Source of the DNA: Thermoanaerobaculia bacterium
GTDB lineage: Bacteria; Acidobacteriota; Thermoanaerobaculia; Multivoradales; JAIOJS01
DNA: 64,000 nt
Direction of reading: 5' to 3'
Assembly: GCA_963806095.1 (NCBI GenBank)
Contig: CAWDWV010000002.1
Coordinates: 1,453,949-1,517,948 of the forward strand
The notes beneath the pieces are model-generated. The model saw nothing but the letters and a program-made list of their open reading frames with translations. It had not been told where the DNA came from and made no database searches. Shown one piece after another: positions 40,801 to 50,264 of the stretch. Made by a program: the position numbers and the translations under genes. Position 1 is the first letter of the stretch. The number at the start of each line of letters is the position of its first letter.

Positions 40801-42941
40801 GACCAGCTCCACCCGCCGCTGTCGTTGCCGTAGCGGATGTAGATGCGTCCGTCACTCCCGTGCACGAAGGCGTACACGTTGCCGTTCTGGTACGCCACCA
40901 CGGCGGGCACGCCCGTGACCTGCGCCGTGCTCGGCGCGTCGTGGTCGCCCCAGTCCCACTCCCTGCCGCTCCAGTGGTTGTCGTGGAGCTCGTTTCCCGC
41001 CGTGCGCACGAACGCGTAGGTCCTGGGGAGCCCAGCCGAGCTCGTCCAGCTGCGGCCCGCATCGAGAGACTCGAAGAGGCGATTGCCGCCGGCGACGAGG
41101 AAGAGGCGATCGGCGTTCTGGGGCGACACCGCGAACGCGTGGCTGACGCCGCCCTGGCCTTGGGAGGGCCCGCCTGTCGAACGCGTCCAGCTCCCCAGGG
41201 ACTGGCGATACCAGATGCCGCTGTCGGCCGCCGCGTGCGCATGACCGCCTCGCCGCGCCAGCACCGACCATACGCGGTCCTGCGTCAGGTCGGTGTTGCC
41301 CGGCACCGACGGATCCAGCACGACGTGGCGCCACCCCACGCCGAGGCTGTCGCTGACCGCGATGCCGCAGTCGGTGGCGACGTAGACGCGATTCGAGCCG
41401 GGCTCGAACGAGACGGCGTAGGCGCCGCTGCGACCGGTGCACCGCGGGCCCGCCGGCGGCGCGGCCCCGGCGGGCTGCGTCCAGCTCAGACCGCCGTCGA
41501 TGCTGCGCCAGATCCCGCCGCCGTTGGGCTCGCGGTAGTCGGCGCCGGCAACGGCGATGACGACGTCTGGATCGTCGGGCGCGTACTCGACGTCCCACAG
41601 CCATTGCGTGGTCAGGCTGCGAACGTGCGCCCAGCTGCGGCCGCGATCCGCGGTGCGAAAGAGCCCACCGGTCTCCGAGGCGACGAACATGCGGCGGTCA
41701 TCGGTCGGGTGCACGGCGACGGCGACCGCGCGTCCTCCCTGCGCGACGCTGGGCTGGAAGTAGTCGACGGAGCCCCAGTCGAAGGTCCACGGCTGCCAGG
41801 TGTCCGCCCACTGCCACGTCGCGCCGTTCCAGAAGTTCAGCTGCAGCCGTTCCTGGTCGTCGTCGACGAAGCTGTAGATCCTGCGCAGTCCCGACTCGAA
41901 GTAGGTGACGACGTCGAAGGGCCGGCGCACGCGGCCGGTCGCCGGGACGCCCTGCTCGGCCCAACGCCACGTGCCGCCGTCCCAGAAATTCACGAACAGC
42001 CTCGACGGCGCGTCGCGCACGAAGACGTACAAGCGCTGGACGTTGGCGTCGCGGTAGGTGGTCGCCGTGGGCCCCGCGAAGACGCTGGCGCCGGGCGGCC
42101 GTCCCTGGTCGGCCCAGCGCCACTGGCTGCCGTCCCAGAAGTTCACGTGCAGGTGGCCGTCGGCGCCGCGGACGAACGCATAGAGGCGCTGCGCCGTGCC
42201 CTCGAGAAACGTCAACGCGCTGGGCTGGCTGACGACGGCACCGCTCGCCGGCATCCCTTGGTCGGCCCACTGCCAGCGGCTGCCGTTCCACCAGTTCACG
42301 AACAGGCGGCCGTTGGTTCCCCGCACGAAGGCGTAGATCCGGCGCTCGGTGATCTGGTAAGTGACGACGGAAGGCGCATCGGCGACCGTCGTGCCGCTGG
42401 GAGCTCCCTGGTCCGCCCACTGCCAGACGCTGCCGTTCCACCAGTTGACGAAGAGCCGTCCGTTGGCCCCGCGCACGAAGGCATAGATGCGCTGCCGCGT
42501 ACCCTCCAGATAGGTGATGACGCTCGGTGCGCTCGCGGCCGTCGTGCCCGGCGGCGAGCCCTGGTCCGCCCACTGCCAGGCGCTGCCGTTCCACCAGTTG
42601 ACGAAGAGCCGCCCGTTGGCGCCGCGCACGAACGCATAGATGTGGCGAGGGCCGGCCGCGGTGTAGGTAACGGCGCTCGGCTGGTCGACGGCACGGCTGC
42701 CCGGCGGCGCGCCCTGGTCCGCCCAGCTCCAGGAGGACCCGTCCCAGTAGTGGACGAACAGGTGGCCGTTCGAGAGGCCTTTGAAGGCGTAGATCCGGTT
42801 GGTGCCCGCCTCGGGGTAGGTGATGGCGCCCAGCCCGTCGCCGTTCGCGGGCGAAGCGGTCGCGCACAGGCTGGAGGCGATGAGAACCGCGAGCAGGACA
42901 GGGAACCGGCGACGGAGCTCGGGATCTCGCCACATATTCAC
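37881..42941 (-). CDS. Giant secreted protein (1686 aa): two 7-bladed lectin-like (PLL/tectonin/DUF346-type) propellers plus Asp-box (BNR) propeller and C-terminal beta domains
   Basis: Intact 5061-nt ORF. GGGAGGGTG RBS and signal peptide 'RRRFPVLLAVLIASSLCATASP'. There are 14 repeats of about 49 aa of the type 'IYAFVRGANGRLFVNWWNGSxWQWADQGxPPGTT'. There are 7 Asp-box motifs (SxDxGxTW type): 'SIDGGLSWT', 'SLDAGRSWT', 'TADNGATWT', 'SPDGGRTWP', 'SVDSGLTWT', 'STDHGATWH', 'TADRGRSWA'. Confidence 0.85.
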   Translation of the reverse strand: MNMWRDPELRRRFPVLLAVLIASSLCATASPANGDGLGAITYPEAGTNRIYAFKGLSNGHLFVHYWDGSSWSWADQGAPPGSRAVDQPSAVTYTAAGPRHIYAFVRGANGRLFVNWWNGSAWQWADQGSPPGTTAASAPSVITYLEGTRQRIYAFVRGANGRLFVNWWNGSVWQWADQGAPSGTTVADAPSVVTYQITERRIYAFVRGTNGRLFVNWWNGSRWQWADQGMPASGAVVSQPSALTFLEGTAQRLYAFVRGADGHLHVNFWDGSQWRWADQGRPPGASVFAGPTATTYRDANVQRLYVFVRDAPSRLFVNFWDGGTWRWAEQGVPATGRVRRPFDVVTYFESGLRRIYSFVDDDQERLQLNFWNGATWQWADTWQPWTFDWGSVDYFQPSVAQGGRAVAVAVHPTDDRRMFVASETGGLFRTADRGRSWAHVRSLTTQWLWDVEYAPDDPDVVIAVAGADYREPNGGGIWRSIDGGLSWTQPAGAAPPAGPRCTGRSGAYAVSFEPGSNRVYVATDCGIAVSDSLGVGWRHVVLDPSVPGNTDLTQDRVWSVLARRGGHAHAAADSGIWYRQSLGSWTRSTGGPSQGQGGVSHAFAVSPQNADRLFLVAGGNRLFESLDAGRSWTSSAGLPRTYAFVRTAGNELHDNHWSGREWDWGDHDAPSTAQVTGVPAVVAYQNGNVYAFVHGSDGRIYIRYGNDSGGWSWSDQGTPPGSTAIDSPAAVAFPDRMMGFTRTSAGGLAKNEWSEATSAWTWRNQGTPPGTQASGRPSVISYDDGTRRVYAFTAGSNGRLFVNYWDGSQWRWADQGTPPGTTMTGSPDAITYQDGAQRIYTFVRGVNGNLFVNYWDGGNWRWADQGRPPGTTVADVPGTITYRDGAQRIYAFVRGTNGRLYVNFWNGSVWQWADQGTPPGTTVASAPAAVTYFNDAQIIHAFVRGANGNLYANWWNGSTWQWADQGTPDGSTVAAAPGLVVLDDIGRWGRPGFVRAAVAAGGEAQRFDLWVGDGVQLLKGTFAAASGADRNISWSLPTTDHADPADVGFDSAARLPILLATDGGLHVTADNGATWTQAGASRSGYHALQITEVMGQLVGVTGTATAPHLDLYYGTQDNHLYASPDGGRTWPGVWCCEGFFLRGARQAISHGGGNKITFVACAGCGNYIADPHFTRVDGFPLPPDDDTRNDGPEGNPIFLRQGSYVQRTVESDGAPTVSVFKMTRSTGSSWTTKFSLTEPVAGLATVAGATADPTLYQAVVRPGLTTDGLQQLGLKRITNLFAAVPATVADADGIRFGSLGIFPTQFAWYPVFGVSPTEPSFLIAADIVDDRMKTSVDSGLTWTPDDELTGLVTRGGAIEFRDGQFTAVSTIAVSPVNGRHILVGTVQGGIVRSTDHGATWHRLTGSEMLPLISSFFFEDDTHVVVSTYGRGLWRVNLTGVTPAAAVGAGTPAMELAPVTIPRPEPLVVDPTTGSFERLDTFEARRTCPTCRYVLSPQGEITDVQLTGLTVQSVKLSAGVLVTRGADRRTTPPSMPFAVDPTMGTFGGNRIAAQLREQKLPIRGLVLDGAVLKGVIVSPEPLDLDRPRPPILHLETRDTMTGIAKAERNETVTARGERFAADPDAPVVIKVGDREAARAQVAPDGTFTARFVVTELPGDYVVVAEQAAARGTLVAKLPLKVTRRDVR
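40005..41022 (-). repeat. Seven tandem ~147-bp coding repeats (lectin-propeller blades, set 2, inserted between Asp-box repeats)
   Basis: Blades run from 'TYAFVRTAGNELHDNHWSGREWDWGD' through 'IHAFVRGANGNLYANWWNGSTWQWADQG'. The first three blades are degenerate and the last four are close to consensus. Confidence 0.8.
41775..42830 (-). repeat. Seven tandem ~147-bp coding repeats (lectin-propeller blades, set 1)
   Basis: Blades run from 'RIYAFKGLSNGHLFVHYWDGSSWSWADQG' through 'IYSFVDDDQERLQLNFWNGATWQWAD'. The DNA-level recurrence 'ctgatccgcccactgcca' (and near variants such as 'ctggtccgcccactgccag') is visible on the + strand in the blade-coding DNA of both sets. Confidence 0.8.
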
Positions 42942-43075
42942 CCTCCCACGACTCCAACTGCGGTCATTCTACGGATGCACATTCGACGTGGCGGGGAGAT
43001 TTCTGACCGTTGCCTCCACCGCCGTGGGGCGGGCGGCTGACCGCGGCCGGCGGCTGCCGCTGGTAGCCTGCTCCG

Positions 43076-43896
43076 GTGACGCGGCCGCGGCTGAAGAAGG
43101 CCCTCGGGCAGCACCACCTCACGCGGCCGGAGCTGTGCCGGCCGCTGGTCGACTTCCTCGCCCCGTCGGGCGAGCGCGTCGTCGAGGTCGGGCCCGGCGG
43201 CGGCGTGCTCACCGGCCAGCTGCTCGATGCCGGGGCGCGCGTGTGGGGTGTCGAGCTCGACCTCGAGTGGGCGTGGGAGCTGCGAGTGCGGCGAGGGCGA
43301 CGGCGACGATGCGTCCTCGCCGGCGTGCTGCAGCCGCTGGTGATGGATGCCCTCGACCTGCCGTGGGCGCGGCTGCCGGAGCCGACGCTCGTCGCCGGCA
43401 ACCTGCCCTACAACGTGGCGACGGCGATCCTCGCGGCCCTGCTGCCGCACTGGGCCGCGCGTCCCGCGCGCCGCGTTCCTGCTGCAGAAGGAGGTCGCCG
43501 AGCGGCTCACGGCCAGGCCCGGCACGCGCGACTACGGCTCGCTCACGGTCTTCGTGCAGTGCTACGCCGAGGCGACGATCCTCGGCCGCGTACGCCCCGG
43601 CTCGTTCCGGCCGCCGCCGAAGGTGGATAGCGCGTTCGTCGGGCTGCGTCTCCGCGCCACCGCCGCTGCCCGCGGACGAGATGCCGGTCTTCCTCGCCCG
43701 CGTCCGCGAGGCGTTCGGGCAGAAGCGCAAGACCCTGCGCAACTCGCTCGGCCGCGTCGTCGGCACCGCTCGCGTCGAGGCGGCCCTGCAGGCGCTCGGC
43801 CTGCCGCCGACGACTCGTGCCGAGGAGCTGCCGTTGGCGGCCTGGCTCGACCTCTGGCGGCTGCTCTTGGCGAATACGACCCACGAACAATGTTAA
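43076..43896 (+). CDS. rsmA: 16S rRNA (adenine1518/1519-N6)-dimethyltransferase RsmA/KsgA; two frameshifts
   Basis: 'LGQHHL', SAM motif 'VVEVGPGGGVLT', 'VAGNLPYNVAT', then 'FLLQKEVAERLTARPGTRDYGSLTV...FRPPPKVDSAFV', then 'FGQKRKTLRNSL'. These lie in three frames. Confidence 0.85.
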
Positions 43897-43919
43897 GATC
43901 CACGGCTACTTAGCGATGG

Positions 43920-46458
43920 ATGGCTCATCTTCTTCTCGAGCTTCCCGGCGAGGGTCCCATCGACCGGGGCATCGCCAACGCGCGGATGAACGCCGTCGAG
44001 GCGGAACGACTCCCCAAGCGGGCGCGGCCGAAGCTGCCGCCGGCCAAGGGCAGCGAGCTGTTGGGCCTCGTCCTCGCCACGGCGGCGCTGCTGCTGCTGG
44101 CGAGCCTGGCGAGCTACCACCCGGCCGACCCCAGCTTCCTCCATGAGCTGCCGCCGTCGCGGGCGCGCGTCGACAACTTCGCCGGCGTCTTCGGGGCCGA
44201 GCTCGCGGCGCTGCTGCTGGGACTCCTCGGCAGCACGGCGCTGCTGCTGCCGCTCGGGCTCGGCGCCGCGGCCTGGACGCTGATCCGGCGGCGCGAGCGG
44301 CCGCGGGTGGCGGGCCGCGGCACCGGCTTCGCCCTGCTGCTGCTGTCGCTGCCGGTGCTGCTGCAGCTGGTGCTCGGCCGCCGCATGTTCCGCGGCGAGG
44401 CGCTCGACGCCGGCGGCGTGCTCGGCCGCTTCCTCGCCGAGAGCCTGGTGGCGCGCTTCAACTTCCCCGGCTCGCTGCTGCTGGTGGGCGCGCTCGCCGT
44501 CATCGCCGTGTCGCTGCTCGCGCAGTCGACGCTCGCCGAGGCGATGGACGGGTGGAGCGCACGCCTCGCCCTGCGCTGGGAGCGGGTGGTGCGGTGGTGG
44601 AGCCGGCGCCGCCAGCGCAACGAGAAGGAGAAGCTGCGCAAGCGCGTCGTCTCCAAGCACCTGCGGCGGCGCGAGGACGAGGCCGCGGCGGCGCTCGTCG
44701 TGGAGCCGCCGGAATCGGTGGCCGGCCCCGAGCTCGACCTGCCGCTGCGGGTGAGCGAGCGCCTGCGCGGTGACAAGGGCCAGCGCGAGCGCGGCTTCGG
44801 CGTGCGGCGGGTGCGCCTCGCCGAGGAGATCGACCTCGACGAGGCGATGCTCGATGCGGCCGGCGAGGCCGCGGAGCGCACCGCGCCCGACGCCGAGGCT
44901 GCTGTTTCCGCGGCGCCCGCGGCGCGACGCAAGAAGGAGCAGCCGCTGCTCTTCCAGCCGCCCTCCGAGACGCAGCTGCCGCCGCTCAACCTGCTCAACC
45001 TCCAGCCGGTGCCGCACAGCGTCGCCGAGGACGACCTGATCCGCCTCGGCGAGGCGATCCGCCAGAGCTGCGACCACTTCGGCGTCGAGGGCACGCTCGA
45101 AGGGATCAACCCCGGGCCGGTGATCACGGTGTTCGAGTTCCGTCCCGCGCCCGGCGTCAAGATGAGCCAGATCGTCAACCTGCAGGACGACCTGGCGCTG
45201 GCGCTGCAAGCCGAGTCGGTGCGCATCGACCGCATCCCCGGCCGCTCGACGCTGGGCATCGAGGTGCCCAACAAGGACCGCTCGCTGATCCGCCTCGGCT
45301 CGCTGCTGGCGCACGAGAAGTTCCGCAGCGCCGGCTCGGTGCTGACCATGGCGATCGGCACGACGTTGCAGGGCGAGCCCTACTTCGCCGACCTGGCGAC
45401 GATGCCGCACCTGCTGGTGGCGGGCGCCACCGGCGCCGGCAAGAGCGTCGGCCTGCAGGCGATGATCACCTCGATCCTCTACAAGGCCTCGCGCGACGAG
45501 GTGCAGTTCATCTTCATCGACCCCAAGCGCGTCGAGCTCGGCGTCTACGCCGACATCCCGCACCTCAAGACCGACGTGGTGGTGGAGCCGAAGAAGGCGG
45601 CCAACGCGCTGCGCTGGGCGGTGGCCGAGATGGAGCGCCGCTATCGCCTGCTCGCCGAGGTGCACGTGCGCTCGATCGACTACTACAACCGCGCCATCCG
45701 CGATCCCGAGGTGCAGCGGCGGCTGTCGCTCGAGGAGAACAGCGAGGTCACCAAGGACGACCTCAAGCCGCTGCCCTACTACGTGATCGTCATCGACGAG
45801 CTGGCCGACCTGATGATGGTGGCCGCCAACGAGGTGGAGACCTCGATCGCGCGGCTGGCGCAGATGGCGCGCGCGGTCGGCATCCACCTGATCGTGGCGA
45901 CGCAGCGGCCGTCGGTGGACGTGCTCACCGGCACCATCAAGGCGAACTTCCCCTGCCGCATCTCGTTCGCCACCACCAGCCGCCACGACTCGCGGACGAT
46001 CCTCGACACCGTCGGCTCGGAGCGGCTGCTCGGCAAGGGCGACATGCTGATCATGCCGCCGGGGACGTCGCGCCTGATGCGCGTGCACGGCGCCTACATC
46101 AGCGAGCAGGAGACGGCGGCGCTGGTGCGCTGGCTCAAGAAGACCGGCAAGCCGAGCCTCGACCCCGAGGTGGTGGAGTTCAACGGCGGCGGCAACGGTG
46201 CGGGCGGCAGCGGCGGCGACGGCCCCGACGGCGACGACGACGAGCTGTTCGACGAGGCGTCGCGGCTGGTGGTGAGCGAAGGGCAAGGCGTCGGCGAGCT
46301 TCCTGCAGCGCCGCATGCGCATCGGCTTCTCGCGCGCGGCGCGTCTGATCGACCTGATGGAGCACGACGGTCTCCTCGGCCCGGCGCAGGGGAGCAAGCC
46401 GCGCGAGGTGCTGGTCAAGGGCGACTACTTCGCCGAGGTCGACGCCACCAAGGACTGA
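43920..46458 (+). CDS. ftsK: DNA translocase FtsK; frameshift near 46290 before the gamma (winged-helix) domain
   Basis: N-terminal TMs. '[21 protein letters not shown]' (Walker A), '[14 protein letters not shown]' (Walker B), '[15 protein letters not shown]', '[15 protein letters not shown]'. My translation of the gamma-domain tail after the shift is '[30 protein letters not shown]...*' (TGA 46456-46458). Confidence 0.9.
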
Positions 46459-46490
46459 CGGCCGCGCGGGCTATTGTTCTTCTCAGGGTG

Positions 46491-47789
46491 ATGGCACGAG
46501 TCGAGATCGATGCGGTCGAGCGGGCACGACTCGACAGCAACTTCTGGGGTTGGAACATCGACCTGCCGGTGCAGGGCGAGAGCCGCGACCACTACACGCT
46601 GGTCGTCGCCGGGTGGGTGTCGCACCGCGAGGTCGACGGCGTCGACGTCGAGGTGCTGAGCCAGGAGCGTGTGCTCGCCAGCTGGCGGGCCGTCCACCCT
46701 CGAGCCGACGTCGCGTACGGCCTGCCCCACCTGCCGATCGATCAGGCATGCGGTTTCGAGGGCGTGCTGCGCACCCTGGACGCACCGGCGCAGTTCGAGC
46801 TCGAGCTGACGGCGGTGGCGCGCGGCGCCCGCACCCTCCTGGCCACCGTCCGCGGGCGGCGTTCGTCGCTCGTCACGGCGGTGGAGGAGGGGCCGCGGCC
46901 GCTGTCCGTCGTCACGCTCGGCCGCACCGGCTCGACGCTGCTCATGCAGCTGCTCTCGCACCATCCAAACGTCGTCGTCCACCCGCCGTTCCCGTACGAG
47001 GCCCGCGTGCTCGCCTATTGGACGTCGGTCTTCAGCGCCCTCGCCACGCCGGCCAGCTACCTGCAAGCCCTCGCGCAGGTGGACGTGCGCCGCTACTGGT
47101 GGCTCGGGTACGGCTCCTTCCCTACCCTCAACTACCTCGAGCAGGACCCCGCCGCACGGCAGCTCGGTGGCGGGGCGCTCGAGAGGACGGCGAGCTTCGC
47201 TCGGCGGCAAGTGGCCGGTTTCTACGAGGATTCGGCACGGCTGCAGGGGAAGGTCGTGGCGGGCGAAGGCTACTTCGCCGAGAAGCACCTCACCTCGGCG
47301 GCGCCGCAGGCCATCGTCGCCGAGCTCTTCCCGGAAGGCCGCGAGATCTACCTCGTGCGTGATTTCCGCGACATGCTCGCCTCCATCCTGGCCTTCGACC
47401 GCAAGCGCGGCAGTCGCAGCTTCGGACGCGAAGCAGGCGAGAGCGAGGAGCATTACGTTCTCGGCCTGACGCAGGCGATCGAAGAGCTCACCAATGCTTG
47501 GCGATACGCCGGCGAGCGCGGTCTGCTCGTCCGCTACGAAGACCTGGTCCGCCGAGCGCGTCCGACCCTCGAGGCGATCCTCGACTTCCTCGGTCTGGAG
47601 CGTTCCGCGCCACGCATCGAAGCGATGATCCGGGACATGGAGGCCGACGCCGAAGCGCGGGCCGCCCATCGAACCTCTGCCAGCGCGCGGGAATCGATCG
47701 GCCGCTGGGAGCGGGACCTGCCGGCGCCGCTTCGCGACTTTTGCAACGAGGCCTTCCGCGAGTCGCTCGCCGACTGCGGCTATCTCTGA
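46491..47789 (+). CDS. Sulfotransferase-family protein with ~130-aa N-terminal domain of unknown function
   Basis: An ATG at 46491 within the long ORF 43920..47789. The PAPS 5'-PSB-like motif is 'VVTLGRTGSTLLMQLL' and the 3'-PB-like motif is 'IYLVRDFRDMLAS'. The tail is 'IGRWERDL'. The ORF is intact. Confidence 0.65.
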   Translation: MARVEIDAVERARLDSNFWGWNIDLPVQGESRDHYTLVVAGWVSHREVDGVDVEVLSQERVLASWRAVHPRADVAYGLPHLPIDQACGFEGVLRTLDAPAQFELELTAVARGARTLLATVRGRRSSLVTAVEEGPRPLSVVTLGRTGSTLLMQLLSHHPNVVVHPPFPYEARVLAYWTSVFSALATPASYLQALAQVDVRRYWWLGYGSFPTLNYLEQDPAARQLGGGALERTASFARRQVAGFYEDSARLQGKVVAGEGYFAEKHLTSAAPQAIVAELFPEGREIYLVRDFRDMLASILAFDRKRGSRSFGREAGESEEHYVLGLTQAIEELTNAWRYAGERGLLVRYEDLVRRARPTLEAILDFLGLERSAPRIEAMIRDMEADAEARAAHRTSASARESIGRWERDLPAPLRDFCNEAFRESLADCGYL

Positions 47790-47830
47790 GCTCGCAAAGG
47801 CCGATCGAGCCGCTGCTGTACCATCCGAAG

Positions 47831-48778
47831 GTGACGCAGCGGATCGAGCGGTTGGCGTTCTTCGGCACGCCCGACTTCGCGTTGCCGACGTTGCAGGCGT
47901 TGGTGTCGGCGGGCCGCGCTCCGCTCGTCGTGGTGACGCAGCCGGACCGGCCGGCGGGCCGCGGCCAGCGGGTACAGCCGCCCGTCGTAGCGCGGTGGGC
48001 GCGGGAGCAGGGGATCGAAGTCTGGCAGCCGCCCCGCGTCAGGGATGCGGAGGTGGTCGAACGCGTAAGCGCGCTGCAGCTCGACCTCGTCGTGGTGGCG
48101 GCGTTCGGGCAGATCTTCCCGCGCGAGCTGCTGGCGGCGCCGCGGCTCGGCTGCATCAACGTGCACGCCTCGTTGTTGCCGCGGCACCGCGGCGCCGCGC
48201 CGGTACAGGCGGCGCTGCTGGCGGGAGACGACGAGACGGGCGTCAGCATCATGCGCATGGAGGAGGGGCTCGACACCGGGCCGGTGCTGCTGCAGGGCCG
48301 CACGCGCCTGGTGGGCGACGAGACGGCGGGGGAGCTGCTGCCGCGGCTGGCGCACCTCGGCGCCGCGTTGATGCTGGAAGCGCTGGCGGGGCTCCAAGCC
48401 GGAGCTCTGGCGGAGACGCCGCAGCCGAGCGAGGGCGTCACCTACGCTCCGCGTCTGACGCGAGAGCAGGGGCGCGTCGATTGGCAACGGCCCGCGGTCG
48501 CGGTGTCCCGCCAGCTGCGGGCTTTCACCCCGTGGCCCGGCGCCAGCGCCGAGCTCGCGGGCTCGCCCATCAAGCTGCTGGCCGGCGAGCCTCTGGACGG
48601 ATCGAGCGAAGCAGCCGCGGGCAGCGTGCTCGGCATGCGCAACGGCGCGCTGGCCGTGGCCTGTGGCGAGGGCACCGTCTTCGGCGTCGAGCGGCTGCAG
48701 CGGCCGGGCCGGCGCGCGCTGGCTCCGCAGGAGCTGCTGCGCGGCGAGCGCCTCGGCGCCGACGTGCGGTTCTCCTGA
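47831..48778 (+). CDS. fmt: Methionyl-tRNA formyltransferase
   Basis: GTG start. 'RLAFFGTPDFALPTLQAL', 'QPDRPAGRGQ', 'LDLVVVAAFGQIFPRELL', 'GCINVHASLLPRHRGAAP', and a C-terminal beta-barrel domain. The ORF is intact. Confidence 0.9.
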   Translation: MTQRIERLAFFGTPDFALPTLQALVSAGRAPLVVVTQPDRPAGRGQRVQPPVVARWAREQGIEVWQPPRVRDAEVVERVSALQLDLVVVAAFGQIFPRELLAAPRLGCINVHASLLPRHRGAAPVQAALLAGDDETGVSIMRMEEGLDTGPVLLQGRTRLVGDETAGELLPRLAHLGAALMLEALAGLQAGALAETPQPSEGVTYAPRLTREQGRVDWQRPAVAVSRQLRAFTPWPGASAELAGSPIKLLAGEPLDGSSEAAAGSVLGMRNGALAVACGEGTVFGVERLQRPGRRALAPQELLRGERLGADVRFS

Positions 48779-48798
48779 GCGACGGCCGACCGAGAGTC

Positions 48799-50178
48799 AT
48801 GAGCACGCGCCAACGTCCCGCCGATCGCACGCGGCGGCTCACGCCGCGGCGGAGCCCCGAGGACAACGTCCGCGGGGCGGCGGCGTGGGTGCTGGAGCGG
48901 ACGCTGGCCGCCTCGTCGCCGGTGGAGCTGTTCCTGCGCGGCGCTCTCGAGCGCTTCGACGAGCGCGACCAGGCGCTGCTGCGCGAGCTGGTGCTGGGCA
49001 GCCTGCGCTGGCTGCGGCGGCTCGACGACGTGCTGGCGCGGGCGAGCAACCGCCAGCTCGCCGACATCGACCCCGCGCTGCACGCGATGCTGCGCATCGG
49101 CGCCTACCAGCTGCTCTTCCTCGAGCGCGTGCCGCCTTACGCGGCGGTGGACGAGGCGGTGGAGCAGGCGCAGCAGCGCACCCACCGCGGCGGCGCCAGC
49201 TTCGTCAACGCCGTGCTGCGGCGGGTGGCGCGAGACCGCCGGCTCGAGGCCTGGCCGGTGGACGATCCCGACCCGGTGCGGCGGCTGGCCATCGAGACCA
49301 GCCACCCCGACTTCCTCGTCCGCCGCTGGCTCGACCGCTTCGGGCAGCTGCGCACGCGGCGTCTGCTCACCGCCAACAACCAGCCGAAGGCGATGCAGCT
49401 GCTCGCCTTCCGCGACCGCGGCGGCCGCGAGCTGCTGGCGGAGCGCCTGATCGACGAAGGGCTCGAGGTGGAGCCGACGCGGCTCTCGCCGCTGGGACTG
49501 ACGGTGCGGCAGGGCAACGCCCTTTCGACCACGGCGTTCCGCGACGGCGACTGCTACGTGCAGGACGAGGCGAGCCAGGCCGCGGCGCTGCTGCCGCCGC
49601 CGCGCGCCGGCGAGCGGGTGCTCGACGCCGCGGCGGCGCCCGGCGGCAAGACCTTCGCGCTGCTCGCCGCCGAGCCCGGCGTGCGCGCCACCGTCGCCGA
49701 CGCCGGCCTCGCGCGCCTCTCGACGTTGCGGCAGAACCTGCGCCGCCTGCGGCGCCCGTTGAACGTCGTCGCCGCCGACGCCGGCTGCTCGCCGTTCGCC
49801 GCCGCCTTCGATCGCGTCGTGCTCGACCTCCCCTGCTCGGGCACCGGCACCCTACGGAAGAACCCGGAGCTCAAGTGGCGGCTGTCGGAGTCGGAGATCG
49901 GCCGCCTCGCGGCGCAGGGAGAGCGGCTGCTGGCGCAGAGCGCGTCGCTGCTCGCCCCCGGCGGCCTGCTGGTGGCGATCACCTGCTCGCTCGAGGCGGA
50001 GGAGAACGAGCAGGTGGCGGAGCGCTTTCTCGCCGCTCACCCGGCGCTGCGGCCGCGGCCGCTCGCCGACGGTCTCGAGCCCGCTCTCGCCGCCGGCGTC
50101 GAGGCGCCGGGGCGCTGGCGCGTGCTGCCGGCGGGCGACCACGACGGCTTCACCGTGCAGGTCTTCGCGCGCGACTGA
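48799..50178 (+). CDS. rsmB: 16S rRNA (cytosine967-C5)-methyltransferase RsmB/Sun
   Basis: NusB-like N-domain ('FVNAVLRRV'), 'CYVQDEASQ', 'VLDAAAAPGGKT', 'DRVVLDLPCSGTGTLRKNPELKW', 'LVAITCSL'. It sits downstream of fmt, the classic fmt-rsmB pairing. Confidence 0.9.
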   Translation: MSTRQRPADRTRRLTPRRSPEDNVRGAAAWVLERTLAASSPVELFLRGALERFDERDQALLRELVLGSLRWLRRLDDVLARASNRQLADIDPALHAMLRIGAYQLLFLERVPPYAAVDEAVEQAQQRTHRGGASFVNAVLRRVARDRRLEAWPVDDPDPVRRLAIETSHPDFLVRRWLDRFGQLRTRRLLTANNQPKAMQLLAFRDRGGRELLAERLIDEGLEVEPTRLSPLGLTVRQGNALSTTAFRDGDCYVQDEASQAAALLPPPRAGERVLDAAAAPGGKTFALLAAEPGVRATVADAGLARLSTLRQNLRRLRRPLNVVAADAGCSPFAAAFDRVVLDLPCSGTGTLRKNPELKWRLSESEIGRLAAQGERLLAQSASLLAPGGLLVAITCSLEAEENEQVAERFLAAHPALRPRPLADGLEPALAAGVEAPGRWRVLPAGDHDGFTVQVFARD

Positions 50179-50264
50179 CAAGTCGCTGCGTCATTGACAC
50201 CCTCGACTGCGGTCGCCTAAGGTTCCTGGCATCATTTCCGGCTCGCGCCGAACTAGGAGGAGAG

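Noticed and set aside
37779-43040. A 1753-aa ORF on the + strand, antisense to the giant lectin gene. Similar very long antisense or off-frame ORFs include 43893..46418(-), 54761..57001(-), 6039..8096(-), 9770..12109(-), 6713..10132(+), 16915..18966(+) and 62598..63911(-).
   Set aside because: Their translations are Arg/Ala/Pro/Gly-rich low-complexity text with no motifs. They overlap genes that carry clear family signatures on the other strand or frame. Stop codons are rare in off-frames at about 72% G+C, so these are shadow ORFs.
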